In this document: positions 41,779 through 57,045 of the stretch, in pieces | Position numbering within the stretch: position 1 is the first letter of the stretch | Layout of the letters: the number at the start of each line of letters is the position of its first letter | Assembly: GCA_002104945.1 (NCBI GenBank) | Contig: MCFH01000059.1 | Location: 186,001-250,000 of the forward strand | DNA from: Piromyces finnis finn | Lineage: Eukaryota; Fungi; Neocallimastigomycota | Direction of reading: 5' to 3' | Length of the DNA: 64,000 bases | Made by a program: the position numbers and the translations under genes | Notes under the pieces: generated by a model | Told to the model about the DNA's origin: nothing | The model's database searches: none | The model's input: the letters and a program-made list of their open reading frames with translations, nothing else

Positions 41779-43593
41779 ATGAGTAGATATAATAGAGGAG
41801 ATAATTATCATAATAATAATGGTTATAATAGACTGCAAGATGAAAACAATTATGGAGGTAATCGTAGAGATTACGGATACCGAGAAAATGGATATAGAGA
41901 AAATGAATACAGAGGAAATGGATATAGAGAAAATGGATATAGAGAGAATGGGTATAGAGAAAATGGATACAGAAATGATAATTATAGAAATAATACACAA
42001 GCCTCGTCTGAAGGATATCGTTATAGAGACAATAGAAATTTTAATAACCAAGCTCCTTCATATTCAAATAATGCTTATTCACCTCAAGCAGTTAAACAAC
42101 CACCAGCGGCAGTTACCAAAAAGGAACAACCACCACCAAATACTTATTTTGATGGGAAAAAACAACAAAAAATTAAAAGTGCCCTTTTTAATCCAAAAGT
42201 TCGAGAACAACTTGAAAATCAAAAGAAATATAAACCATACTTTATATACTCCATTTCAGCTATTCAAATTTTAATTTTTTTTGTATCTATTGTAATAAAC
42301 TTTATCAGTACTAAACAAATCATTTCACCAATAAAATATAATTTTTTTATTGGCCCTTCATCAGGTGTAAGTATTAAAATAAAACAACCGCTTTTTTTTT
42401 TTTTTTTAAAAAAAATATAAATTTCAAAATGCAACATTTTTTATTATAATAAAATAATGATATAGCAGCATTTTGAATTATAATATATATTTTAAAAAAT
42501 ATATATTCTAAAATAATAACACAAAATATTATTAATATTAATAATATTATTAATTATTAATTATTCAAAATGAATATTTTAATAAATTTAGTAAAATTGT
42601 TAAATATTAATATTAAAATATTTTAATTTACTTTATATATACATAGGTACTTGTTCGAATGGGAGCTAGATATATACCATGCATGTATGGTAATTCTACA
42701 GTTTTTGATTGTTTACCAGGCACAAAAGGTACTCTATTACCAACAGAAATAGCACTTCAACCTGGAGGTGGTACATTGAAAAAAAGTCCTTTCTATTGTA
42801 CTGGCGCTGATGTATGTGGTTTTGGTGTAAGTGCTGATGCTCAAAGTTATAATCAATGGTTCCGATTCATCATCCCAATCTTTTTACATAGTGGAATAAT
42901 TCATCTTGTATTTAATTTAATTTTCCAAATTCGTGCAGGTGCAGCATTAGAAAAGGATTATGGACCTTGGCGTATGGCATTGGTCTACTTTTTTAGTGGT
43001 ATTTTTGGCTTTTTATTTGAAGCCAAATCATTTAAAAATCCAACTGTAGGATGCTCAGGTTCTCTTTATGGTAAGCTTATAGAAAAAATAGCAATTTTAT
43101 TTTTTAGAAATTAAGTTTGTATAATCTATCTAATTATAAAAAAAAAAATAACTAACCATTTATATTTGTATCTATTTAAAATATATATTTATTTATAAAA
43201 ATATTATTAGGTTTAATTTCATGTGTATTACTTGATTTGGTTCAGAATTGGAAGTTAGTTATTCATCCATGGAAAGATTTAATTTTATTATTATCTTCAA
43301 TTGTAATATCTCTAGGTTTTGGTTTATTACCTTTTATTGACAATTTTTCGCACATTGGAGGTTTTGTAATGGGTGTATTAACAGGATTAATTTTCTTACC
43401 CTCAATTATTTTCAGTAATAAAGATGAAAAAAGAAAGCAAACTTTAAAAATTATAGCAGTATTTTTAGCCATTGCTTTATATGTATGGGTAATATTACAA
43501 TTTTATAGAGACTCCAAACCATGTGAATGGTGTCAAAATCTTAGTTGCCCAAAATTCTTTTCATCTTGTAAAAAAAAATATAAATCAAACTAA
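41779..43593 (+). CDS. Rhomboid-family intramembrane serine protease, 3 exons
   Basis: MGARYIPC; QWFRFIIPIFLHSGIIHLVFN; catalytic GCSGSLYG; DNFSHIGGFVMG; C-terminal WCQNLSC. Confidence 0.92.
41875..41975 (+). repeat. 15-bp coding tandem repeat (YRENG)n in the rhomboid N-terminus
   Basis: TATAGAGAAAATGGA-like units, about 6 copies; also explains overlapping spurious ORFs at 41755-42274. Confidence 0.9.
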
Positions 43594-44109
43594 GCGCATT
43601 TCTATAAATAAAAGAATAAAAATTTTTATTAATCACATAAAAAAAAAAGTAATAATAATAGTAATAAAAATAATTCTCTGATTAAAAAAATTTATTATAC
43701 GTATATTATTTTTATTTTTATTATTATTATTATTCATAATAAAACATTTTAAACATTTTTTTTTTTTTTTTTTTTTATTCGTAATTCAATCGAATGTAAA
43801 AAAAAAAAAAAAAATAGTTATATAGAAACTAAAAAAAATAATAAACTATAAATTTAATAATTTACAAAAAGTTATATAAAAATTATATGTATTATATAAT
43901 ACAATATAAAATAAAAATAAATAAAGATATAAAAAGCACATATGTCTTAATAATGTTAGTATTGTATCAGTGTGCAAAAATTTCATCATTTAAAATAAAA
44001 GATTTTGGAAAATTTATATAGGTTAGAAAAGCATAAACTCGATTTTAAATTATAAACACAAAATGAATAAATATTAGGATATAATATATTCTAAAGGAAA
44101 GTCATTATA

Positions 44110-44404
44110 CTAAAGCATAATAATTATATTCTCAATATTAAAGATCAAATTTTGTATTTTGTCAGGGACAAAATTATGATTATCATTAATTGTGCTAAGC
44201 CCTATTAGCTCTGCCTTCTTGATTATTGTTTCAAACCCTATAAATATTGACTATTGTTAGTTAATAAGTCATGACTTTGGTGAAAAGTTCCTTATTTAAT
44301 ATTAAATTGGGGATTCTTCACACCTATATGGTTTAATTTGATATTTGAAAAATTCTTTTTATTCCTTTAAATTATTATAACTAAAAACTTCTTTCTTCAA
44401 GAAA

Positions 44405-44437
<33 letters not shown>

Positions 44438-46200
44438 TGTTTTTTTATGTTTAAAAACATTATACTATATTACCTGATATGTTCATAACATTTATAATTA
44501 GTAAAATTAATAGTTTATTATTCAAAAAGTAAATTACATCAGTGACATATAATATGTAAGAAACAATTAATTACAGTGTGAAACTATGTTAAAACTTGTA
44601 ATGAATATTGAAATTTCTATTGTTAAACTTGATTTTCAAGTTAACCCAAGAATAATTTTAATTCATTTACACCTTAATTATTTTTACTACATGAAATTAA
44701 TCCTTAACACTGCATATACTTCGATATTGAAAATAATAAACTTTAATTTATATCAAAATATATATAATAATATTTTTTTATGTATACAGAATGTGAGTCT
44801 TTGATTTTACAGACAAAGCTCGAGGAAGATATTAAATCTAATACTCAACTGTACCTAATAATTCAAATATTTTTTATTTTTATTTATCTATCAATATTTA
44901 AACTAATTATTATATGTTAAAAATATATATATATTAATATCTATTTTTTTTATGAATATAAAATAATCAAGTTTAAGACAGTAAGAGGTAATCTTTAACA
45001 TATAAAAATTTATTAAACTTTAAATATTGTTAAAATATTTTTAATTTAAAAATTAATTTATTTTACCAGAAATCGATCCATAAAATTAAATTTAATTAAA
45101 AAAAATATTTCAAAAAAGTCACTACCAAAGAGATATTTAAAAATAATATATTTTATACTTCTTACTTGCGATAGATTTTCCTTGCAGAATCTTTATTAGT
45201 TCTATAATTTTTTCATCTTCTTTAATTTCTTTAATTAAATCTTCTTTAAGATTTCCTTAATATTGTTGTTTCGGCTATAGTTAATGATATTATTTTCTAT
45301 GTACGGTAAATTATTAAAATATAAATATAAATGCATTTATATTTTTAATAGAGTTTTAGAGTTTTAATATTTTAATAATTTTACAAATATATATATATTA
45401 AAATAAATTACATTACTACCTTGCTACTTGCTCCTTTAGGAAGAAACTGAAGCAAGAAATTTTGAAAACAAATAATTCAAACAATAATTAAAGATTAATA
45501 TTATTGATAATGAATTTATATATTAAATAATTAAATAGTCACATTTAAAAACATTGTCGTATTTGAAAAAATTATCACATTTAATAAACTGAAATATAAA
45601 TATATATAAAATAAAAAAGCAAAGAAAAATTTTACAAAATAAATATATATATATAGAAAAAGAATTTATTAACATTTGTTGACAATTTTAATTAAATTTT
45701 ATTTTTCTACTTTTTTTTTTGTTTCATTAAAAACAATTACAAAAAAATAAAAAAATTATGTATTTTTTTTTTTTTTTTATTTTACTAGTCTGTTAAATAT
45801 TTTAAATTTAATCTAAAACAATACTATAAATCATTCATTGTAACAGTTTTAATAAAAATACTAATCTTTAAAAAATTTATTATAATAATTTAGAATATAT
45901 TCATCTTAGGTTCTGTGCTATGCTATAGCTAATTCTTAAAGTTAACCAAAGGCATGTTAGTAAAGGGATACAATGAATTATGGCCCAAATTTGTATTATC
46001 TATATCTATATTTTATTTTAAAAGACTTGAATAATATTACATAATAATCATTCAGATTAATTGTTTATCAAATGGAAAAACTAAAATTATTTTATTTCTT
46101 ACTTAGATATCTACTTTATAATAGGCCATTGAATTGTAAACTATTGAGTTATTTTCACTTTTTAGTTTATTCCAATGTTTTTTCACTAAAAGGTTTAAAT
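44110..46200 (-). pseudogene. Possible degenerate multi-exon gene of unknown family
   Basis: Several GC-richer exon-like blocks with AG/GT edges (KKHWNKLKSENNSIVYNSMAYYK; IIQIWAIIHCIPLLTCLWLTLRISY; FLPKGASSK; NLKEDLIKEIKEDEKIIELIKILQGKSIA; FETIIKKAELIGLST), but stops and an apparent frameshift near 45255 prevent a clean model. Confidence 0.3.
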
Positions 46201-47665
46201 ATTTTTTTTTCTTGCTTTTTATTTCTAATATTACTACATTACATGAAAAAGTAAAATAAGATAAACATTTTACTCTTTTTATCTTTAGTACTTAATATAA
46301 ATTAAAAGTATAGTATATATTGTATTTACTATTAAAGTTTTATATATATATATATATATATATAGTATTCTATTAATAAACCATCAAAAGAAATCTTAAT
46401 TTCATTATTAAAGCTAGTAACCAAGTGTTGAAGTGTTTTTATATTATATTATAAAAATAATATATATTGATTTTCCCATTAAAATTGATATTTTTAAAAT
46501 AAATTTAGCATTGAAAAAAAATACTTTATATTGAGAATTAATATAACATAATATATTTAAGTAAATTTCATTTTTATTTTATTTATTTAGATAGTTTAAG
46601 TAATATTTTAGTAAATGTCGAAACATTAACTTGAAGTAAAATTTAAATGTTTAATTTGATGTTTTAATTTTAAAAAAATTAATTATATTTTTAAACATCT
46701 TAACAACTATTTATTTTCATGATATTTATTTCTATTATACTACTATTTAAAATAAAAGTTAAAAAAAAAAAAAAAACAACCTTTTTTTTTACCGACTTTT
46801 TTTTGGTTCTGAAGTTCCTAGTTTAATTTATATTTGAAATAATGTATTTTTTTATTTTTATAATATTAAATGATAATATTGTAATGAAATGTAATGTATT
46901 GTATCTAAATTATATATTATGAATAATACATTTATAAATTCTGAAAAAATTAATTTTAAATATAAAGGTAAACTTAATTAAAGAAGTTTATTAAAATAAG
47001 ATTGAAGGAAAGATGGTTGTATGTATATGAGAATTAATTAAATATATATATTATTAATAAGTGAAATAATACAGTTATAATGAATAAATAATTTTAAAAA
47101 ATGAAAATTCAACTAATGATTTTTATCTTTTTTTTTTTTTTTAATATATAAAGTATGTTACAAGTCAAATAATTCAAAATGGTAAATGATAAAAAGAGTA
47201 AAAGAAAAATAATAATAAAAATAAAAACAAACAAATAAACAAACAAACAAACAAACAAACAAACAAACAAAAAAAAAAAAAAAAAAAAAAAAGAATATAT
47301 ATTAACAACAACAATAATAGATAGATAAAATTATAAGTGATATTATTTAAATTAACAAAAAGTTATTTTTATTTTTCTAAGAAGAAATTTATAAAATTAC
47401 ATTTCATATTTCAAATTCATTTTAACAATTCAATTTATAAAGCATTTTAAAAGAATTTTAAAATTAAATCATACAAATATAAATGATGAAAGAAGAATTT
47501 TTATTTTTTTTTAAATATCATTAAAATAATAATATGTTTAAATTAATAAGCAAGAATAAATCGATGGAAAGCAATAACTTCAATTATATAAAATAAATAA
47601 AAAAATATAATAATGAAATAATATTATTATTTTTTATAAATTATAAATTAATTTATAATTTAAAA

Positions 47666-49281
47666 ATGAAGAAATCGTTATATTTATTATTTATACACAA
47701 TAGTAATAATAATAGAAATTAAATAATTTTCATTTAATAAATATATTAATAAGCCCATGAAGATGGAATTTGGAAAGTATGTTGGATTTCTAAAGCAAAT
47801 ATGATTGTTACTGGTTCAGCTGACGAAACTATTAAAGTTTGGTATGACATTATACTTTAATATATGATTGTAAAAAAAAAAAAAAAAAAAAAAATTAAAT
47901 TATGTATTAATGTATTAAATTTTATAAGGGATGATAATACTCTTGAAACAATTACAACTTTAAAAGGTCACCAATTAGGAATTGTGTCTTTAGCTAAAAA
48001 TCAATCAGATACAGGTATATATTTTAAATTAAAAGAAATATAAATCCAATTATTATAACATATCATTAAAATTTTTATTTTTATTTTTTTTTTTACTTAA
48101 ATTTATTAAGAATTATGTTCTACTTCATTGGATAGTCAAATTAAAGTTTGGGATTTTTCTGAAAATCCACCAAAATTAAAATCTGAAATTGATGTTGATC
48201 CAAGTAATGCATTAAATTAAAATATTAAATAAATATATTTTCTTTTTTATTAATAAAGAAAAAAAAAATTTTTTTTTTCTATAATTGAATAATACAAATA
48301 GTTGAAGCCTGGGCAATAACATACCAAAATGATGGAAAGCATCTTCTTTCAACATCTCAATGTGGAAATATCAATATATGGGATTTAGAATCCGGTAAAA
48401 AGGAACAAACAATTGAAAATCAAGGAAAATTCGCAATGAGTATAGCTATAGTATATATCATATGATATTAAAAATGATTAGATGAATAGGAAAAGAAAAG
48501 TTTATTAACAATTAATTTTAATAAATTAAATCATAATTAATAAAACTGAAGAGTCCAGATGGTAAATATATTGCTTCAGGATCCGAAAATGGTACTTTAT
48601 ATTTATTTGATAATGAATCAAAGAAGTTAGTCCATACTTTTTCAAGTATGTAATAAGTAAAAGATATATTATGTATAATTAGTTATGGATTTTATATTAA
48701 TATAAAAAAAATTAAAAAAATATTTACATAATTTCTCCATTAAATGATAGATCATTCAATGGCAATTCGTGCTGTTTGTTTCTCACCAGATTCAAGATAT
48801 GTTGTTTCCGGTTCTGATGATAAAAAAATTAATGTTTATGAAGTGTAATTATAAATACATTAGTTGTTATAGATATATATATATATAAGCTAATACATGT
48901 AATCAATTATATAAATTATAGTCAACATGGAAATATTGTCAGTACTTTATATGGTCATACTTCATGGGTTTTAAGTTTAGATTTCAGTCCAGATGGTATT
49001 CACCTTGCTTCAGGGTAATTTTCATAATTATATTAAGTTTATTATTAATAAAAATCCAGATTAAAATAGTTAATTTACAAGATATAATTCTTTTTTTAAA
49101 ATCTTTTAGATCAAGTGATAAAAGAATAAAAATATGGGATATAAATACAAAAGAATGTATTCATACCTTTGATTCACATACTGAACAAGTTTGGGGAGTT
49201 GCCTATAATAAAGATGGTTCTAAATTAGTTAGTATTTCAGAAGATAAATCAATTGCACTCCACACCACATCTGATAATTAA
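47666..49281 (+). CDS. SKI8: WD40 protein Ski8/WDR61, about 9-10 exons; start codon uncertain
   Basis: AHEDGIWKVCW...VTGSADETIKVW; GHQLGIVSL; SLDSQIKVWD; SPDGKYIASGS; HSMAIRAVCFSPDS; GHTSWVLSLDFSPDG; SSDKRIKIWD...HTEQVWGVAYN..GSKLVSISEDKSI follow the WDR61 pattern. Confidence 0.85.
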
Positions 49282-49850
49282 TATTAATACTTTGTAAAAA
49301 AAAAAAAATCGATATCATTTTTTTTTTCTTTTATTCAGTTAATAAAGATATGATATGTAAAATTATTCAATAAATTACCTCTCTATATATTAAATTTAAA
49401 CAAAACCATAAAAAAGAAAAGTGATATAGGATAATAATAATAAAATATATACTTTAATAAAATATTATAGAAAAATTTAATAATAAAATTAAAAAAGAAA
49501 ACATTTGAAATATTAATAATTTTAAAATAATGTTTTAATTATTTATTTTGAAGCTTTTATAATAATAACAATAATAAAATTGTTATTCTTTAACTTTTTA
49601 TTATTATTTATTTATTTATTCATTCATTTATTTGGTTATTTATTTATTTATTATTTATTCATTTATTTAATTTTTTGATAAAAATCTCCAAAATTATTTA
49701 CTTAGATTCACTTTTCATAATAAATAAAATATTTCAAGTGAAAAAAAAAATTTTTTTTCTAAATAAGTTTATCTTAATAATAAATATCAAATATTTAAAT
49801 AATATTTTTATAAATTTCTTTTGCCTTTTTCTTTTTTTATAAATTAAAAA

Positions 49851-51264
49851 ATGGTATATTAAAATATAAGTTTTTATTTTATATTTCGTTTTTTGTCTCT
49901 TTTTTTTTTTTTTTAATTTTTCTTTTATTTATTATTATATATATTAATATAAGTTTTTAATAATTAAAATTGAAAAAAAAATTATAACTATCTAAATTGA
50001 AGCAATATTAACAGTATTTATTATTTAATAAAAGGAAGAAGACATTGAAGAAGAATCTAAATGGAAAGAATGGGAATTAAAGAAATTTCAAGAATTTCGT
50101 TTTGAAATTGATTTTACATCCTCTGTTATAATAAAAGTAAAATGATAATGAGAATAGAGATGAAAATAATATATATATATAAATTATAAAATATTGATAA
50201 TTAAATATAAATTTCTAAAACTTAATATACAAATATACTATCCAAATGTATATATATGTTTTTTCTCCAAAAGTTAACAAAAGGTACTGCAGAAATATTT
50301 GGTGCAGAATTAGCCATTGGAATTGAATATGAAATTAGAGGTCAAAAAGTAGCCGTTTTTACTTGGCATGGATGTACCTTTGAAATATCCTTTTTTTTTT
50401 TTTAATTTATTTATATTTATTTATATTTAAAGTAATTATATAAAATATCTATTACACAATTAATATCCTTAACTGATGAATTATAAAATTTTAAATTTAA
50501 ATAATCGTATAATTATTTTATATATCATAATGAATTATTATTATAATTCCTAAATATAATTAAATTGGATTATATATATATTAATTAATTTAATAAAATA
50601 TTATAAAAACTAAATTATAATTAAAATAAATGAAATATACATTAAAGGAAAATGTGATGTGGAATATATTGCAGATGAAACACCTATGATGAGTTATTTA
50701 AATACCCATATGGCTATTGAACAAATGAGATGTAAAATAGAAAAAGAAGGAGGTAATGAACCAAGAGTTATGATAGTTGGTCCTCCAGATGTCGGTAAGA
50801 CAACATTGTCGAAAATATTAATAAATTATGCAGTAAAACATGGAAGAACTCCATTATTCGTCGATATTAATCCAAGTGAAGTTAGCATTTATTTAAGGAT
50901 ATATATTTATATATAAAGAAATGAGAATTTACCTAATTAATATGATATTTATATTTAATATAATTATAAAAATTATAATACTAAAGGGTACAGTAACTAT
51001 ACCATCAACCTTAACAGCTACTGTTATAGATAAGCCAATTGATATTGAAGAACAGTTAAGTGTTCTTCCAGCAAAATCTTCAATGGCACCATTAACATAT
51101 TTTTTTGGTTATCTTCAATCAGCAAATAAATTAAAATTATACAATAAGTTATTAGATAAATTATCAGAAACAATTCAAAAAAAAATGGATAAAGATTCCG
51201 TTGGTAATTAACTTTATTATTATTTTATTTAAACAATAAATAATAAATAGTAAATAGTAAATAA

Positions 51265-51307
<43 letters not shown>

Positions 51308-52361
51308 TAAATAATTTAGTAAGATATTCAGGACTCATAATAAGTACACCAAATGATTTATCAAATAATTCTAATTGGGATATGTTTACATCAGTCATAG
51401 AAAAATTTAGAGGTATTTTTTTCATTTACACAAAATTAAACTACATATTTCTTTATATATAAAAAAGCAATAATTTTAAAGTTTATGATTATTATTTTAA
51501 TTATTATAACAGTAAATGTTGTTATTGTAGTTGGACATGAACGTTTATACAGTGACATTAATAAATTTTACCAAGATAACAATGAAATAGCTGTGGTTAA
51601 ATTAACAAAATCTGGAGGGGTATTTTTTTCTTTTCTTTTTTTTTTTTTAAGAAAATACAATATTTTAAAAAATTTATAATATTGATTAACATCAATATTA
51701 TATACTTTAATCATTATAAAGGTTGTTAATCGCGATTCATCATACAGAAGAATAATTCAAAACTATAAAATAAAAGAGTATTTTTACGGTACTCATAAAT
51801 GTGAATTAGCACCATATTCAGTCATAGTATCTTTTTCTGATATATATATAAGGACAATTGAACAAGGTAAATAAATAAAGATAATAATAATAATAATAAT
51901 AATAATAATAGCATTTATTTATTTAAAATGTTTTTTAAAGGTATTGCACCATCATCAGCATTGCCTATTGGTATGGAACGTAAAGTTCAAGAAACAAGAC
52001 TTGTTAATGTTGAACCAAGTGAAGATTTAGTAAATTCTATTTTAGCATTAACAAATGTTGATGTTAAAGAAACAGAGAATGATGACGAAGAAGATGACAT
52101 ATTAATTGGCACAAAGCTTTTAGGCTTTGTTCATGTGTAAGAAAAATATAAAGATAAAATTTTAAATTTTTTTTTTTACTACTACTATTACTAACTACTA
52201 CTAATAATAATAATAATAATATGTTATAATATATTAAATTCCATTTCAATAGAACTAATGTTGATGTTGAAAAGAAAAAAATAACCTTATTATGTCCTTG
52301 TCATGGAAGAATTCCAAAGAAATATATGCTTCTTGCTGATTTAAAATGGATTGAAACTTAA
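49851..52361 (+). CDS. CLP1: mRNA cleavage/polyadenylation factor Clp1, multi-exon
   Basis: EFRFEI; GTAEIFGAEL; VAVFTWHGC; YIADETPMMSYLNTH; Walker A GPPDVGKTT; VGHERLYSD; IKEYFYG; PSSALPIG; LLCPC..RIP. The 3-nt ATG first exon at 49851 is inferred. Confidence 0.93.
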
Positions 52362-52893
52362 ATATTATCAAAATAATTATTATTTATGTATTAATATAAA
52401 GAAAAAAAAAGTATTTAAATTAATTAATAATAAAAATAATTTTATTGTATTATAATAATAATTAAATTTAAATATTAATGCGTCTAAATAGAATAATATA
52501 AAAAGGAGAATGAAATGACAAATAATTCTTTATTTTCGATATAATATTCATTATGTATTTTTTTTTTTTTTTTTTTTTACTTCATTTATAGTAAAGATAA
52601 AAAATTTAATTATAGAATTTTATTTATTATTTTTTTATTCATTTATTTTTTTTTTTTTATTAAATTAAAATATTTAATTATCATTTTTATGAAATTATTA
52701 ATTTAATAAATTTATTAAACCTTTTTATTTAAAAAAAAAAAAAAGCAGTATTTTAAAGAATTGCTTTTAATAACAGTTTTTAAATATCCTATAAATAAAA
52801 ATTATATTTCTCTTACTAATTTTATCAATAGTGTAAACACCCTGAATATCTAACTATTATTTTAATAAATAAAAATTATAACAAAATATTTAA

Positions 52894-54709
52894 ATGGATA
52901 ATAGGATTTCAAAAATATGTTAATATTAAATATAATGTAAATTATTAAATATATCTATTCAATTCATACTTACAATTTTGTATTTGTTAAATTGCTAATA
53001 TAGATAATGTTGTTGCGCATAATTCAAAAGTTAATTGTATGAAAATAAGTCCAAAATCCGGTAATATTATGATTACTGGGGGTGATGATAGAAAAATTAA
53101 ATTATGGATAATTGGGAAATTAAAAAGTTTGGCTGTAATATACTTTTATATATATATAACATTTTAATACTATAAAAGAATTGATAAAAAAAAAATAGTT
53201 GTTGAAGATATAATAATTAAGACCAAAATAATAAATAAAAAAAAAAAAATAAATAAATAAAAATAAATTAAAACAATTTTTAATATAATTCATTAAAATT
53301 ATTAAATTTTAAAGTCACTTGAAGGTCATTCAACACCTGTAGAATGTGTAACTATTGATTGGACTGAAGAAATTGTTGTTGCAGGATCCTCAAGTGGTAC
53401 AATAAAATTATGGGATTTAGAACTTGAGAAGGGTAATTATACCTATTCTATACATATAAATGAATTTTATGATTATTATTAAATATATATTATGTAAATT
53501 TATTTCAATTTCATATATAAAAATAAATAATAATTATTATGGTAATATTAAAAAATATATATATTTTAAAATTTTGATATATATTATATATATATGTATA
53601 ATAAAAAATAAATATCCTAATTAAATAAAAGTTATAAGAACATTGACTGGTCATCAATCGAATACTACATGTGTCGAATTTCATCCTTTTGGTGATTTTT
53701 TTGCTTCTGGTTCTTCTGATAAAACTGCCAAAATTTGGGATGTTCGTCGTAAAGGATATATACAGACATATATGGGACATCAAAAACCAATATCATGTTT
53801 AAGTATTTCACCGGATGGTAGATGGATAGCAACAGGAAGTGAAGATAGCTCAGTAAAAGTACAAATAAAAAAAAAGTTTTTAAAAAACACTTTTTTATTA
53901 TATATATATATTATTCTATCATTATATAATTTCTTTTATTATTTTCTATTATTAACTTAAATATGTTTTATCTTATACATAACTAAATATACATAATATA
54001 TATATATAAAATTTGAAAGATATGGGATATGACAGCAGGAAAATTAATAAAATCTTATAATGATCACGAAGGACCAATAACATCAATAGTTTTTAATCCT
54101 TCTGAATTTACAATGGCATCAGCAAGTTATGATGGAACTATAAAGTATTATGATTTACAAACATTCGATATGATTGATACCACTTTATCACAAGATAGCA
54201 TACCCAATTTAATAAGATTTCATCCAACAGAAGATATTACTTTTGGGGTTTATAATGATTCACTACAAGTAATCCTATATTACATTTTATACTTTAATTT
54301 TATTTAGATAAATATAAACAATATAAGAAAGTAATATTCATATATTTATAAATTGTATTTATTCATTTAAATATATATTAAAAAATAATAATAACAGACT
54401 TATAGCTGGGAACCAACAATATGTCATGATAGAATAAATATCAATTGGACAAATGTAAAAGATATGATAGTTAGTGAAGATAAAATATTGTGTGGTTCAA
54501 CAGATCAAAATATTATTAGTATATGGGCAGAGAATATTGAAGTATCTTATCAAAATTACTAAAATAATATACACATATAGGATCAATATTAATTTATTGT
54601 TAATTAATATTATGTTTATAGAATATAAAACCTTTCTTACAAAGTGATTATAATATCAATTATTCTATTGATTCAAGATCTATATCCAATAATAAAAGTA
54701 AGCTTAATG

Positions 54710-54775
<66 letters not shown>

Positions 54776-55190
54776 TTTAATTAAAAAAACTTTTTTTATT
54801 ACATCATTTAGACATAACATCGCCTTCATACGATAATAATAGTAAATATATATTGATAGAAAATAGTATATAAAATTTTAAAATCTTTAATTTTTATAAT
54901 TTTTTACTAATCTTATTTTAAAAATTATAAAGCCCAAGTAAATAAACAACCAATAGTTAATGAAGTTATGGGATTTAATATACCAAAAACACCGTCATCT
55001 TCAAGTGTATCTAAACCTAAATCAAATAGCAACATTACTCCTTCATCCAATTTCTTAAACAATTCCAATAAAAACATTGTTAGTAACATCGGAATATCAA
55101 AATTAAGCTTAAATAATAATATTAACGACAATTTATATGGTTCTGAATTAAACAATAATTCAATGAATTATAACAATAATAACAATAGCG

Positions 55191-55226
<36 letters not shown>

Positions 55227-56489
55227 TAAAAATGAATATTATTACTAAAAATAATAATATAAATAACAACAGCAGCAACAATAACAATGATAATAATAAC
55301 AATAATAATTTAAATAATTTTAATTATATTAATAATGATAATATCAGTAATGGCTATTACAATAAAAATAATAATTCAATAATAGAAAATAATTCAAATA
55401 ATCCTGTAATTAGTAATAGCCACAACAATGTAATTGTAAATAAATCCTTTAGTAGTACATACAACCCAAGTCTAACTTCAAATAATAATAATTTTAATCA
55501 ATTACCTTCTTCAAAATATATGTTTATATCTTCATCAGGAAATACAATTCAAAATATTGATGCAGCGAAATTCCTAACCGTAAGAATAATTATCAATTAA
55601 ACAATAATTATAGAAAATAATTATTACTTTGTTCCCCTTATTAACACATCTCTACTAATTTAAATTACATAATACTTAAAAGAACTCGTCAAATCAAGAG
55701 CTACCACTTAATCCATTACAAGCAGGTATTACAACAATTGAAAATGAAATGGATATAATTGATTCATTGAAACTTCGGAATAATGTAATGGAGACTATTT
55801 TAACAAAACGACTTAATAATATAAAATATGTTCATCAAGCGTGGGATGATACGAATGTTAAAGCATCTATTGAATTATTAATTCAGTTACATGATCCAGC
55901 AATAACTGTGGATATTTTAAAGTTGTTAAAGTTCAAGCTTAATATGATCAATCTAGAAATATGTACAATGCTCTTACCAATATTAAAAGAACTATTATTT
56001 GAAATATATGAAGAGTATATAAAATATTCCTTACATTAATATATATATATACATAAAAAGATTAAGAATATAATTAATTAATCAATAATTAAAATATTAA
56101 TTCTTTTTTCTATCTGTATTATATTTTATTATATAATACTTTAAAACACTTAGTTATATTGTGACATCTTGTTCAATTATAAAATATTTAGCAAAAACCT
56201 TTTCAGATTTGATTATATCAAATTTAAAAACAAATATTAATTTTCCATCAACAGGTATTGACATTTCACGAGAAGAAAGGTAAAAAAAGTAACATCAATT
56301 AATAATAAATTCACATAGAATAAAACAATAATAACCTTTATTTATTTATATAGATTACAACGTTGTAAAATTGCATATCAAGAATTTTCTGAAATAAATA
56401 TGTGCTTACAAGATTTGAAAAATTCAGGAGGGTTAGTAGGTTCGTCTGTTTGTGATACATTAAAAGAAATGTATATATTGTTTAATTAA
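52894..56489 (+). CDS. KATNB1: Katanin p80 WD40 subunit, multi-exon, with Asn-rich linker and con80 C-terminal domain
   Basis: VAHNSKVNC; TGGDDRKIKLW; GHSTPVECV; TLTGHQSNTTCVEFHPFGDFFASGSSD..KIWDVRRKG; SPDGRWIATGSED; C-terminal RLNNIKYVHQAW...LEIC..LLP..K.L...E.YI and GIDISREERLQRC. Confidence 0.92.
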
Positions 56490-56721
56490 AATATGTTTAC
56501 TGTAAATATTTGAAGTATATTAATATATTTCAATATTATAAATAATAAAATCTTTAAATTTTTATTTTTAAAAATAACATTAAGTATAAAATTATTTTAA
56601 TATTTATTCTCTTTTTGCTTTTTTTTTTCAAACAAAATCATTATCATATACTTTGAATAGTTAAAATGGTTTTTTTATTTTATTTCCTATTTACAATGAC
56701 ATTTTGTTTTTAATATTGTCA

Positions 56722-56931
56722 TGATATTTATATATTTATTTATATATTTATATATTTATTTATTTATTTATTTATTTATTTATATATTTATTTATTTATT
56801 TATTTATTTATATATTTATTTATTTATTTATATATTTATTTATTTATTTATATATTTATATATTTATATATTTATTTATTTATTTATATATTTATTTATT
56901 TATTTATATATTTATTTATTTATTTATATAT

Positions 56932-56966
<35 letters not shown>

Positions 56967-57045
56967 TATATTTATTTATTTATTTATATATTTATTTATT
57001 TATTTATATATTTATATATATTTATTTATTTATTTATTTATTTAT
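56722..57045. repeat. (TATT)n/(TA)n compound microsatellite
   Basis: Directly visible; generates spurious ORF 56721..57125. Confidence 0.95.

Noticed and set aside
41755-42274. Three overlapping ORFs with periodic sequence
   Set aside because: Alternative frames of the 15-bp repeat in rhomboid exon 1.
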